A stretch of DNA of 64,000 bases from an uncultured Pseudomonadota bacterium (GTDB taxonomy: Bacteria > Oederibacteriota > Muellerivitia > Muellerivitales > Muellerivitaceae), in NCBI GenBank assembly GCA_963836235.1, contig CAWIIP010000002.1:800001-864000 (forward strand). Reading direction: 5' to 3'. The position numbers and the translations under genes are program-made. The notes under the pieces are model-generated. The model ran no database searches and was not told the DNA's origin. It saw only the letters and a list, made by a program, of their open reading frames with translations. Shown one piece after another: positions 36,072-44,833 of this stretch. Numbering within the stretch: position 1 is the first letter of the stretch; each line of letters starts with the position of its first letter.

Positions 36072-38861
36072 TTACCGGATGACCACAACCCTGGCGACTT
36101 TGACATCGAGGGGCCGCTGAAGTTGAATCAAATAGACGCCGCTGGCCACGGGATCCTTGTGAGTATTGGTCCCGTCCCATTGGTACCAAATGTCGATGGC
36201 CCGGGTCAGTTCCTGATTATCGAGAATCTTGATGAGTTCGCCGGCGGTGTTGTAAACGCGCAGCGAATAGGGCCCGTTGTAGTCGGCGCTCCCCACATGG
36301 ATGGAAAGGGTGTCGGTCCCCTCCCTCATCAGGTTCAAGGAAAGGTAAAAGAGGTCGGTGCCCGGCGTAAAGGTGATGGTCGGCGTCGAGGTGGCCGTAA
36401 AAGTGGACGTGATGGTGGGAGTCAAGGTCGGGCTGGACGTGGGGGTGGTCGTCGCCGTGCGGGTCGGAGTAAGGGTGATCGTGGGAGTGAGGGTAATGGT
36501 GGAAGTAGGGGTGGAGCTCGATGTCGCGCTGGGCGTTTGGGTCGCGGTGGAACTGGCCGTGAGGGTCGGCGTCCCCGTCACGGTGGCGGTGGCTGTGGAC
36601 GTCGCGGTATTGGTGGGAGTGGAGGTGGGTGTCCCGGTGACGGCGCTTAAACTAAACTTGGTGATGAAGCCGTCCGTCCCTCCGGCGGTGGCGGTTTGGA
36701 AAGCGCCCGCCGTCGTTGGGAAATTGGTGGAAAAGCTGCCACCCGTCTCATAAATGTTCCCGCTCGTGTCCACGGCGATACCTTCGCCGTAATCAGTCCC
36801 ACTCCCACCCAAGTAGGTCGAGTAAACCAATGCCGATCCGGAGGGGTTCACCTCGGTCACAAAGGCGTCATCACCACCGGCGTTGGCCGACTGGTAGGCC
36901 CCTGCCGTGGTGGGAAAATTAGTGGAGCTGGTGTAACCCGAGACATAGGCATTTCCGCTGGAATCCACCGCGATGCCTTCCGCCGAATCGAAGCTGCTGC
37001 CGCCCAAATAAGTCGAATAGGATAACCCCGTCCCCGAGGGGTTCAGTTTGGTCAAGAAGGCGGTCGTCACGGCGCCGCTGGCGGTTTGGAAGGCGCCCGC
37101 GGTCGCCAAGGATGAGGTCGAAGTGGTGAACCCGGTGATATAGGCGCTTCCGGAGCCATCCACCGCGATGGCGAAACTATAAACACCCAAGTTCCCGCCC
37201 ACGTAAGTCGAGTAGACCAGTCCCGTTCCCGAGGGATTCAATTTGGTCACATAAGCGTCCGTCACCCCCGAACTGGCGGTTTGATAGGCCCCGGCCATCG
37301 TGGGGAAATTAGTGGAGGTGGTAAACCCTGTCACATAGGCGCTGCCTGCCGAATCCACGGCAATTCCGAAACCGTCCTCAATACCGCTTCCGCCGAGATA
37401 GGTGGAATAGACCAGCCCCGAACCCGCCGGGTTCAATTTGGTCACGAAGCTGTCATCCACCCCGCCCGCGGCAACCGTTTGAAAGGCTCCGGGGGTCGTC
37501 GGAAAATTGGTGGCGCTCGTAATGCCGGTCACATAAGCGTCTCCGGCCGCGTCCACCGCGATGCCCCTGGCGTAATCATTACTGCCGGTCCCGTCCAAAT
37601 AGGTGGAATAAAGCAGGGCGGTTCCCGTGGGATTCAATTTGCTGACGAAAGTCATCCATCCGCTGTCGATGGCCGTCGGTTGGTAGGCCCCCGGCGTGGT
37701 GGGGAAATTGCTTGAAAGCAAGGAACCGGTCACATAGGCGTCCCCGGCCGCGTCCACGGCGATCGACTCGCCGTAGTCATCCAGGTTCCCCCCCAGCAAG
37801 GTGGAATAAAGGATCGCGGTTCCCGTCGGGTTCAACTTGGCGACAAAAGCGTCATAGCCTCCGGCGTTGGTCGTTTGGATGGCCCCAGCGGTGGTTGGGA
37901 AATTGGTGGAATTAGTTTGGCCGGTCACGTAGATGTTCCCGCTCGAATCCACGGCGACGCTCGAGACCACATCCGTCCCGTTTCCTCCCAGGAGAGTGGA
38001 ATAGGAAACCGTCGGGTCGATGACCAGCGGGCGTGTCCTATCGTAAGGACCCAATTGGAAGCCAATTTTGGACTTTTCCAAAAAGACGTAGCGGCACTCG
38101 ACCTCGACCTTTCCCGAGGCCGTGGTTTGGTAAACTCTCGGGGCGTGAAATACCACATCGCTCTTGGCCCCTTGCCCGTCACTCGTCGAGTTACGGGATT
38201 CGCCCAATGGCTTTTCCCGGACTTTTAAAATCAAATTTCCAACTCCGTCCAAGGTCAGTTTTTTCGCGCCCACATAGTCCAATTGGAGAAGACCCGGGTC
38301 CGCTCCCGGATGGACGATGAAGTCATATTCTAGGTTTTCCTGGTTTCCGTAATAGACCATGTCGATCCCCGGATAAATATTTTCCGCTTTCACTTTCGCG
38401 TATAAGGGCACATGACTGTGCCAACGCGACGGATCATTGCCGATGAAGTAATTGGAAAAGCCGGGTGTTTCTTCTTCTCCCCGCCAGACCGCCTTGGGGT
38501 CGGCTCCCGGCAGGCGCAGCCGGACAACCTCCGATGGAACCCTTTTTGATTCCGGTTTTTTCGTTTTGTCCGGGCTCAGGCAAAAGACGGCTTCCCGGGG
38601 CGTGATGAAAAGGCTGTAAACCCTTCCCCGGGAGATAAACCTTACCTGGGGATCCACTTGGCCCTGGTTGGCCTCAAAGGCCAGGGGAAATTTGCCGTAA
38701 GCCTGGTTGATCCGGGCCGGTTGAATCGCGGAAGGGCGGGCGGTTTTAAGGGCGGTGACTTCGGGAATCTTTAAAAGAGGGTCGGCATCCTTGGCGCCCA
38801 GGGAGAAAAAAACACAAACAGCGGGGGCCAAGAAACTAAAAACATTTTTATGAAGCTTCAT
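36072..38861 (-). CDS. SBBP beta-propeller repeat protein with Thr/Pro stalk and FlgD-Ig-like C-terminal domain
   Basis: FEANQGQ..YFIGND N-domain; about 8 repeats YSTYLGG..IAVDSSGNAYVTG.T.STNFPTT; C-terminal YNTAGE..WDG..VASGVY. Confidence 0.9.
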   Translation of the reverse strand: MKLHKNVFSFLAPAVCVFFSLGAKDADPLLKIPEVTALKTARPSAIQPARINQAYGKFPLAFEANQGQVDPQVRFISRGRVYSLFITPREAVFCLSPDKTKKPESKRVPSEVVRLRLPGADPKAVWRGEEETPGFSNYFIGNDPSRWHSHVPLYAKVKAENIYPGIDMVYYGNQENLEYDFIVHPGADPGLLQLDYVGAKKLTLDGVGNLILKVREKPLGESRNSTSDGQGAKSDVVFHAPRVYQTTASGKVEVECRYVFLEKSKIGFQLGPYDRTRPLVIDPTVSYSTLLGGNGTDVVSSVAVDSSGNIYVTGQTNSTNFPTTAGAIQTTNAGGYDAFVAKLNPTGTAILYSTLLGGNLDDYGESIAVDAAGDAYVTGSLLSSNFPTTPGAYQPTAIDSGWMTFVSKLNPTGTALLYSTYLDGTGSNDYARGIAVDAAGDAYVTGITSATNFPTTPGAFQTVAAGGVDDSFVTKLNPAGSGLVYSTYLGGSGIEDGFGIAVDSAGSAYVTGFTTSTNFPTMAGAYQTASSGVTDAYVTKLNPSGTGLVYSTYVGGNLGVYSFAIAVDGSGSAYITGFTTSTSSLATAGAFQTASGAVTTAFLTKLNPSGTGLSYSTYLGGSSFDSAEGIAVDSSGNAYVSGYTSSTNFPTTAGAYQSANAGGDDAFVTEVNPSGSALVYSTYLGGSGTDYGEGIAVDTSGNIYETGGSFSTNFPTTAGAFQTATAGGTDGFITKFSLSAVTGTPTSTPTNTATSTATATVTGTPTLTASSTATQTPSATSSSTPTSTITLTPTITLTPTRTATTTPTSSPTLTPTITSTFTATSTPTITFTPGTDLFYLSLNLMREGTDTLSIHVGSADYNGPYSLRVYNTAGELIKILDNQELTRAIDIWYQWDGTNTHKDPVASGVYLIQLQRPLDVKVARVVVIR

Positions 38862-39112
38862 TAAACCAATCCGTTATAAATATTCACAACGATTAAACCC
38901 TGAACCCGCGTTGGAGACGCGTAAAGACTAACAAAGTTTATCATAGGAAAATCCAAAATCGCCGAAGGAAAGCATAACCCAGTGATGGATTAACCCCTTT
39001 AATTTCAAAGGTAATTCCTGGGATCGGACCTTTGTTCCATTCAAAAGGCCGGACCTGTTCGGTTCTATTTAAATCCGCTTGAATGTAAAATGACTTTCCA
39101 AAAGGCGGCCCC

Positions 39113-39451
39113 ATGGCTTACGACGAGAAATTGGCGGATCGAATCCGAGAAATCTTGGGCAAATCCAAATCCATCACCGAAAAGAAGATGTTCGGGGGAA
39201 TTTGCTTTCTTTATGAGGGCAAGATGATCGGCGGTGTCCTCAAAAACGAGATGGTCGTCAAGATCGGGGCGGAAAACCACAATAAGGCCATGGCCCTGAA
39301 ACACGTCAGGTCTTTCAACTTCACCGGCAAGCCCATGGTGGGGATTGTTTACGTGGCCCCCGAAGCCCTCAAGACGAAAAAGGATTTGGCCAAGTGGGTC
39401 GAAATGGGGAGGGCTCACGCCCAAAGCCTGCCCCCGAAGAAAAAGAAATAA
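39113..39451 (+). CDS. TfoX/Sxy N-terminal domain protein
   Basis: MAYDEKLADRIR..EKKMFGG..F.FTGKPM.G..SLPPK. Confidence 0.88.
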   Translation: MAYDEKLADRIREILGKSKSITEKKMFGGICFLYEGKMIGGVLKNEMVVKIGAENHNKAMALKHVRSFNFTGKPMVGIVYVAPEALKTKKDLAKWVEMGRAHAQSLPPKKKK

Positions 39452-39462
39452 GAAAACGCGCA

Positions 39463-39837
39463 ATGGCGATGAACAAAAAAATCCCGAAGACGATAGATGA
39501 TTATATCGGCCGCTATCCGGAAGAGGTTCAGCGGCTTTTAACACGGATGCGCCGGACGATCCAAAAGGCCGCCCCGCAAGCGAAGGAAAAGATCCGCTAC
39601 CGCATTCCCACCTTCACCTTGAGGGGGAATCTCGTTCATTTCGGGGCCTTCACCACCCACATTAGCTTTTTCCCAACCTCCTCAGGGATCACGGCCTTCC
39701 AAAAGGAGCTCTCGACCTATAAGACCTCTCGGGGAACGGTCCAATTCCCTTTCGACAAGCCCCTGCCATTGGCCCTGGTGGGCCGCATCGTGAAGTTTCG
39801 GGTGAAGGAAAGTTTGGATAAGGGAAAGAAAAAGTAA
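39463..39837 (+). CDS. DUF1801 (YdhG-like) protein
   Basis: TIDDYI..R.TI.KAAP.A.E.I.Y.IPTF..HISFFP..GTVQFP.DKPLP; start trimmed to ATG 39463. Confidence 0.88.
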   Translation: MAMNKKIPKTIDDYIGRYPEEVQRLLTRMRRTIQKAAPQAKEKIRYRIPTFTLRGNLVHFGAFTTHISFFPTSSGITAFQKELSTYKTSRGTVQFPFDKPLPLALVGRIVKFRVKESLDKGKKK

Positions 39838-39858
39838 CCCTCGAAAAAGGGAAGGGTC

Positions 39859-40824
39859 TCAGCCCCCGAATTGATTCGCGACGTCAACGGCCACTCGTCC
39901 TATCACTTCCCCGGCTTTCAATCGCGCCAAGCCCTTGGCCACGTCCCGGACTGCAATCGTGGAATCCAGGGGAACCTCTAGGCCGCTGGTCAGCCATTCC
40001 CCAAGCAATTGAAGGTCCGCCGCTTTTGATTTCACCATCAAGAATTTGGCGCGGGTTTTCGAAAAAAGACTCGCCATCAGGTCCACCCCGAAGGTGAGCG
40101 AGGGAAGGGTGGTGACATAAGCTCCGCCTGGCTTCAGCAGGACTTTCCACTGGCTCCAACGGTATCCCGCCGCCGAATCGAAGACCACGTCAAAGGGGCC
40201 TTGGGCCGCGGAAATCGGGTCCGTGGATTTCCGGTCGATCACGGTCTCGGCGCCCAATCGGCGGGCTAGTTCCAGTCCCTTTCCCGAACCCACGCCTGTG
40301 ACCTTCGCCCCCAGCCGTTGGGCGATGCCGATGGCGATGGAACCCACGCCCCCCGATATTCCCGTGATCAGCACCCGTGACCCCGGACCGAGGCGGCCCA
40401 GGTCCCGCAGGGACTGAAGGGCGGAAAGCCCGGTAGTCGCGGAAGCGGCCGCTTGGAGATGGGTAACGCCCGAGGGCTTCAGGGCCAGCTCATCGATTTT
40501 GGCGATCAGTGTTTCCGCGAAGGCGCCCCGGCGGTTGCCCATGCCGTAGGGCAGGAAGCCGAAGATATCGTCTCCGACTTTCACCCGATCCACTCCAGGA
40601 CCTAGCGCTTCGATAGTCCCGGAAAAATCATAGCCCACTACCATTGGAAAATTCCGACCGTGAAGGAATTTCATGGTTCCCAAGACCACTTTATAATCGG
40701 CGGGATTCAAGGCCGAGGCGCAAACCCGAACTCTCGCCTCCCCTTGGTCCGGTTCGGGGGTTGGAATTTCAAAAACTTGAAGTTGTCCCAAAGGCCCATA
40801 TTGTTTTGTCGCCATAACACGCAT
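39859..40824 (-). CDS. NAD(P)-dependent MDR-family (quinone/alcohol) oxidoreductase
   Basis: LNPADYK, GYDFSG, VLITGISGGVG; start taken at MRVMATK. Confidence 0.88.
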   Translation of the reverse strand: MRVMATKQYGPLGQLQVFEIPTPEPDQGEARVRVCASALNPADYKVVLGTMKFLHGRNFPMVVGYDFSGTIEALGPGVDRVKVGDDIFGFLPYGMGNRRGAFAETLIAKIDELALKPSGVTHLQAAASATTGLSALQSLRDLGRLGPGSRVLITGISGGVGSIAIGIAQRLGAKVTGVGSGKGLELARRLGAETVIDRKSTDPISAAQGPFDVVFDSAAGYRWSQWKVLLKPGGAYVTTLPSLTFGVDLMASLFSKTRAKFLMVKSKAADLQLLGEWLTSGLEVPLDSTIAVRDVAKGLARLKAGEVIGRVAVDVANQFGG

Positions 40825-40990
40825 AAATCCACCTGCTTTCGTTGGGTTCACGACACTGTCTTTGCCGTGGGCATTTAACAATTAAGTTCCAGGGGATATC
40901 AAGAAGACCCACTCAAAAACGCCGGAACATCCTCTTTAGTGGTACTATTTGAAATATCTTTTTTTCAATATTTAAATGGCGGGGCGACTA

Positions 40991-41599
40991 ATGAAAAAAA
41001 CTTTATTCTTCGGGGCGGTGATTCTGGCGTCCCTGGTTCCCCTGGCCTGCCAAAAAAACTATTATCTCGGGCCCCTGTCCACCACGCCGACCTTTACTCC
41101 TACACCCACTGGAACCCCCACAGCCACCTCCACGCCGGTCTGTTATTTTGGTGCTCCTGGCCTGGTGGGCGCGGCCCTTCCCTCCGGAGCCAATCCCAGT
41201 GCCGTTCCCCAAACCAATCCTGCGGGCGGCGCTCCTTTCACCATCATCCGCACTCAGGCCGACTGGGATGCTTTATACGGCACTTCCTCACCGCCCGCGG
41301 CTCCGGTCGACTTCTCCACGGATATGTTGATCATTGTTTCCAATGCCCTTTGCTGTCCCTCTCTCATCACTTCGATCGCCGGGGTTTGCGAAGGGGCGGG
41401 CCAGGTGAATATTACGGTAAGTGAAAGGGTTCCAGCGGTCGAATGCTACGAGGTTTGTTTTGGCTCTACCTATTCCGCGGTGGCGGTACCCACTTCCAAC
41501 TTGCCGGTGACTTGGACCGTCGCCGACTTCCTTCCGGGCTTGGGAACGACCCCCATAGTTTTTCCCCTCATCACGCCAACGCCCAGCCCCACCCCGTAA
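40991..41599 (+). CDS. Lipoprotein with PrcB C-terminal-like domain and Thr/Pro segments
   Basis: Lipobox PLAC; IIRTQADWDALY..PVDFSTDMLI..YSAVAVP. Confidence 0.65.
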   Translation: MKKTLFFGAVILASLVPLACQKNYYLGPLSTTPTFTPTPTGTPTATSTPVCYFGAPGLVGAALPSGANPSAVPQTNPAGGAPFTIIRTQADWDALYGTSSPPAAPVDFSTDMLIIVSNALCCPSLITSIAGVCEGAGQVNITVSERVPAVECYEVCFGSTYSAVAVPTSNLPVTWTVADFLPGLGTTPIVFPLITPTPSPTP

Positions 41600-41607
41600 C
41601 CCTGCCC

Positions 41608-41961
41608 TCAGCGGACCTGCGTCAGGTAAAGATGAGTCCCATCCATGTCCTTGAAGAAAGCCAGCAGGTTCACCTCGTTCTCCTGGTACTGAAACACGAC
41701 GCCCTTCTCCTCCAGCTCCTTGGCGGTTTTTCGAAGGTCCTGCACCTCGAACCCAATGGAAATATGGTTTTCTTTTGGCGCCGGGTGGGCCCCCGGCCTT
41801 TTGGGGTGCAGGCCAACAGTCAGTCCCTTGGTGGTCATCTCCGCCCAACTGTCCCCGAAACGCAGGTCCTCATAGAGCCCCAAGAGCCCGTTGTAAAATT
41901 CCACCGCCTTGTCGAGATCGGCGACCATGATGGTGACATAGGCTTTTTTGATTTCGGGCAT
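41608..41961 (-). CDS. VOC/glyoxalase family protein
   Basis: V.DLDKAVEFY..LGL, IGFEVQDL, FFKDMDG. Confidence 0.88.
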   Translation of the reverse strand: MPEIKKAYVTIMVADLDKAVEFYNGLLGLYEDLRFGDSWAEMTTKGLTVGLHPKRPGAHPAPKENHISIGFEVQDLRKTAKELEEKGVVFQYQENEVNLLAFFKDMDGTHLYLTQVR

Positions 41962-42031
41962 CGTTGCGCTCCTGGATTTAGAACTTGAAAGTGTCCTGCC
42001 CGCCCTACGAAAATTTACTTCAGGGGCTTCT

Positions 42032-42679
42032 CTATTGCGCTTCCTTGGGGGTTATGGTGAGCCGGTAGCTGGCGCCATCCGTGCCGTCCACGCCATAGAT
42101 CACGGCGTAATATTTAAAGCCGGATTCCGAGATTTCCACCGACTGCACCGGATTATTTTGGGTGGAGCTCCCAATCACATCGAGGGACTCGTTGTAGATG
42201 AGCAACTGAAAGTTGTTATCGTGATTCAGCGGACTGGGCCTTCCCAGGACATGTGTGTAGCAATCCAGAACCGCCAGAAAGGGGGTGGCGGCCCTAAAGG
42301 TATAGACGTCCATGTCCAAATCGGTGGTTTCCATCCGGGGATCGACCTTGAAGAAATCGGCTGCGGCCGTGTCCGCCGCGTGGGCCACCTTCTCCAGAAT
42401 GCCGTTGACTTGGAGCCCTGGGGAAGTCAGTGTGCCTAGGTCCTGGGGAGCGCCAAAGATGTTGTTGGGCTCCAGCTCCGCGACGGCGGAAGGCAAGGTA
42501 TGGGCGTTGCAAATCGGATTGAGATCGGGAGGCGCGGGGGCCGCCTGTGGCACGGGGGTGGGGGTGGGCGTGGGGGTCGTGAACCATTGAGTGGGATTAG
42601 TTCCATGCGAACCCACCATGTAAGCGGCCGCTGTGACGATCAGAAAGAAGATAATAAACAGGAATTTTTTCACGTCCAC
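42032..42679 (-). CDS. Membrane-anchored hypothetical protein with PT linker and PPC-like domain
   Basis: N-terminal TM, TPTPTPTP, ELEPNN, DMDVYTF, YRLTI. Confidence 0.6.
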   Translation of the reverse strand: MDVKKFLFIIFFLIVTAAAYMVGSHGTNPTQWFTTPTPTPTPVPQAAPAPPDLNPICNAHTLPSAVAELEPNNIFGAPQDLGTLTSPGLQVNGILEKVAHAADTAAADFFKVDPRMETTDLDMDVYTFRAATPFLAVLDCYTHVLGRPSPLNHDNNFQLLIYNESLDVIGSSTQNNPVQSVEISESGFKYYAVIYGVDGTDGASYRLTITPKEAQ

Positions 42680-42727
42680 TCCAGGCTTGAAATCCGTGCC
42701 CTCATTATAAGAACAAAGGGGTCGGAG

Positions 42728-42889
42728 TTAAAATTTGAAATTTGAGACCCGCCCCTTCTTGGTCATCTCCGCCCAACTGTCCCTAAAGCGCAGGTCCTCA
42801 TAGAGCCCCAAGATCCCGTTGTAAAATTCCACCGCCTTATCGAGGTCGGCGACCATGATGGTGACGTAAGCTTTTTTGATTTCGGGCAT
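42728..42889 (-). pseudogene. Truncated duplicate of the VOC gene
   Basis: MPEIKKAYV...DSWAEMT nearly identical to 41961, then diverges and stops about 10 codons later. Confidence 0.8.
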
Positions 42890-43139
42890 CGTTGCGCTCC
42901 TGGATTTATTGGGTAAGACCCCATCAACCGCCATAAATCATATATGACTTCGAGGGATTGCCCCCGGTAAAACAAAGGAACGGGGCGGATTCTGGGCCCC
43001 TGATTTAAGGATTTTTGGCGGAAAGAACTATCACGAAATTTACAGTCACGGCCCCGCTTTTGTCATTAAAATACCTAACATCCATCTGACTACGATTGAC
43101 GCGGTTGCCCAACAACCAAAGGTATCAAAAAGGATATAT

Positions 43140-43541
43140 ATGCTGACCTCCAAAACCATTCTCTTAGTCGAGGATGACCCGGGTCTGAGGCTGATCGTGA
43201 AGAAGGTACTCGAAAAGTACGGCTATACCGTGTTGCCCGCCGAGGATTCGGTCATCGCCAATTCTCTTGCCCGCATGCACGGCGGCATCGTGGACCTTCT
43301 GCTGGCCGATATCAACCTGCCAGGCTTGACAGGCAGCGAATACGCGGCCTTCCGGAAAGACATCAATCCCAACTTGAAAGTCCTTTACATGTCCGGTTCC
43401 CTCGAGGACGCGCTGGTCCGCCAGCACCTGCGCCACAAGACGGCGGCCTTCCTCGCGAAGCCCTTCAGCAACGAGGAATTGGTATTGGCGGTGAAGAGGG
43501 CGCTGGGGGAAATTGCGGAAGTACCGGAGGACGGGGAATAA
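43140..43541 (+). CDS. Single-domain response regulator
   Basis: ILLVEDD, LLADINLPG, LYMSG, FLAKPF. Confidence 0.9.
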   Translation: MLTSKTILLVEDDPGLRLIVKKVLEKYGYTVLPAEDSVIANSLARMHGGIVDLLLADINLPGLTGSEYAAFRKDINPNLKVLYMSGSLEDALVRQHLRHKTAAFLAKPFSNEELVLAVKRALGEIAEVPEDGE

Positions 43542-43659
43542 GATCGAGGATCGACCCAAAGGGTCAGGTCAGGGGGTTATTTATTTTTGTTCCCCGATAG
43601 GCTCAGAAAATTTCAGCTTGTCGAAATCCTTCCGAAGAACGTTGATTCCAGCGAAATAT

Positions 43660-43752
43660 TCATCGTCTGATGGCAACGGCTTTCCCGTGGTGGTCATCGT
43701 CCGCGTCAAAAAGCGCGTAAACGGCGCTCGTATCCAACAAAACCTTATCCAT
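43660..43752 (-). pseudogene. Truncated VapC/PIN toxin
   Basis: MDKVLLDTSAVYALFDADDDHHGKAVAIRR* overlaps the antitoxin stop; only 30 aa. Confidence 0.75.
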
Positions 43753-43996
43753 GAACTTGTTCCGCCAAAACTTCGTCCAAGTCCACTTTGCCCATGTGGA
43801 ATTTTCCAATGAGGCTTTTGGTGTGTTTGCCGGTATAGACCCGGGGAGTGCTTTTTCCCGTGGAGCGAAGCGCCTCCCGGATCAACTCCCTAGCCTCCAA
43901 GCTGACGGACAGGCCGTTCTTTTTCGCCAAGCCCTTCAAGTTGTCGAATAAAGGACGTTCTAAAACGACGTGGATTCTTGGATTTTTCGTCGGCAT
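43745..43996 (-). CDS. RHH/CopG-like antitoxin
   Basis: MPTKNPRIHVVLE..LA.K.G.S.S..ARELIREAL; GGAGG RBS. Confidence 0.8.
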   Translation of the reverse strand: MPTKNPRIHVVLERPLFDNLKGLAKKNGLSVSLEARELIREALRSTGKSTPRVYTGKHTKSLIGKFHMGKVDLDEVLAEQVHG

Positions 43997-44165
43997 GGTT
44001 CCTCCTATGGATTCAAAAAAGGTTAGCACAAGTGAGGAACCTATTCAATCGACTCTCGGGAGGGAAAATGGCTCGCAACCAAACTGTTAACTGGCCTGTT
44101 TGCCGAAGATTCATGATAGGCGGTTGGCCTGATCCCTTAGTTCTCGGGCCTATGCCCGCCAATGG

Positions 44166-44357
44166 GGCCTCGAGCAGGCAACTTTTGAGAGGGATATGAA
44201 CAACCCGGAGGTGGAGGAACGGATTGAAAGGGATTTCCAGGGCGCCGTGGCCAGCAAGGTCAGCACCACCCCGGCCTATTCCATCAACGGATTCCGCTAC
44301 GAGGGCTATTGGTCCTACGAGGCCCTCGCGAAAGACCTTCAAGCGGCGCGGGGATAG
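44166..44357 (+). pseudogene. C-terminal fragment of a DsbA/thioredoxin-fold gene
   Basis: GLEQATFERDMNNPEVEERIERDFQGAVASKVSTTPAYSINGFRYEG..; no CxxC-bearing N-terminus. Confidence 0.7.
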
Positions 44358-44733
44358 GGTTCAGAGGTGAGGCCGAAAGTGGTGGTTGGCAAAGGTGGAA
44401 TGCCTGCCTGTCCCACCGTTGAACACCCGGATAGGAGATGAAGTAAGCCTAGTGGATCACCGCAAGGCGAAGGGGATATTCCTCTCCGGCTTTCGGAGCT
44501 TCTTCGAGAAATCATAAAAGGGTTAGAGTCGGAGGATCAATCCATTCATTTTCAAAACCCAAATGTTACGTGCTGGCCGGAACCCCTCTTGCCTAACGCG
44601 AGGAACTCGAAAGCATGATGAATTTATTACAATTATTTTGGATTTTTTGACTTTTAACACACGGTGATCCCATTGGACTGTGGACCAAGGGATTGAATTT
44701 GATTTAAAAATGCCCTCTTTGGCATGAAGAGGA

Positions 44734-44750
44734 TTGGCATAGGAAATGCT
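44734..44750 (+). promoter_or_regulatory. Candidate sigma-54 (-24/-12) promoter for the LRR gene
   Basis: TTGGCATAGGAAATGCT has TGGCA and GG-N10-GC spacing; about 85 nt upstream of ATG 44834. Confidence 0.4.
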
Positions 44751-44833
44751 AAATCCTATATGACATGAAGTTGTATTAAAATTATTTTTCAAAGTTCATT
44801 TAGGCCGGCTATTTATTTTTGAAGGAAAACCAT

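Larger units (their letters stand above)
41832..42908. repeat. 149-bp direct repeat (5' part of the VOC gene plus RBS) at 41832-41980 and 42760-42908
   Basis: Manual alignment: 8 mismatches in 149 bp, no gaps. Confidence 0.9.

Noticed and set aside
36046-36189. N-terminal 48 aa of the 384-aa ORF as listed in the track
   Set aside because: Overlaps the SBBP gene; the signal peptide begins at ATG 36045.
3992-36753. Val/Gly-rich ORFs such as VGVKVGV repeats
   Set aside because: Reverse-strand readings of the Thr/Pro stalks.
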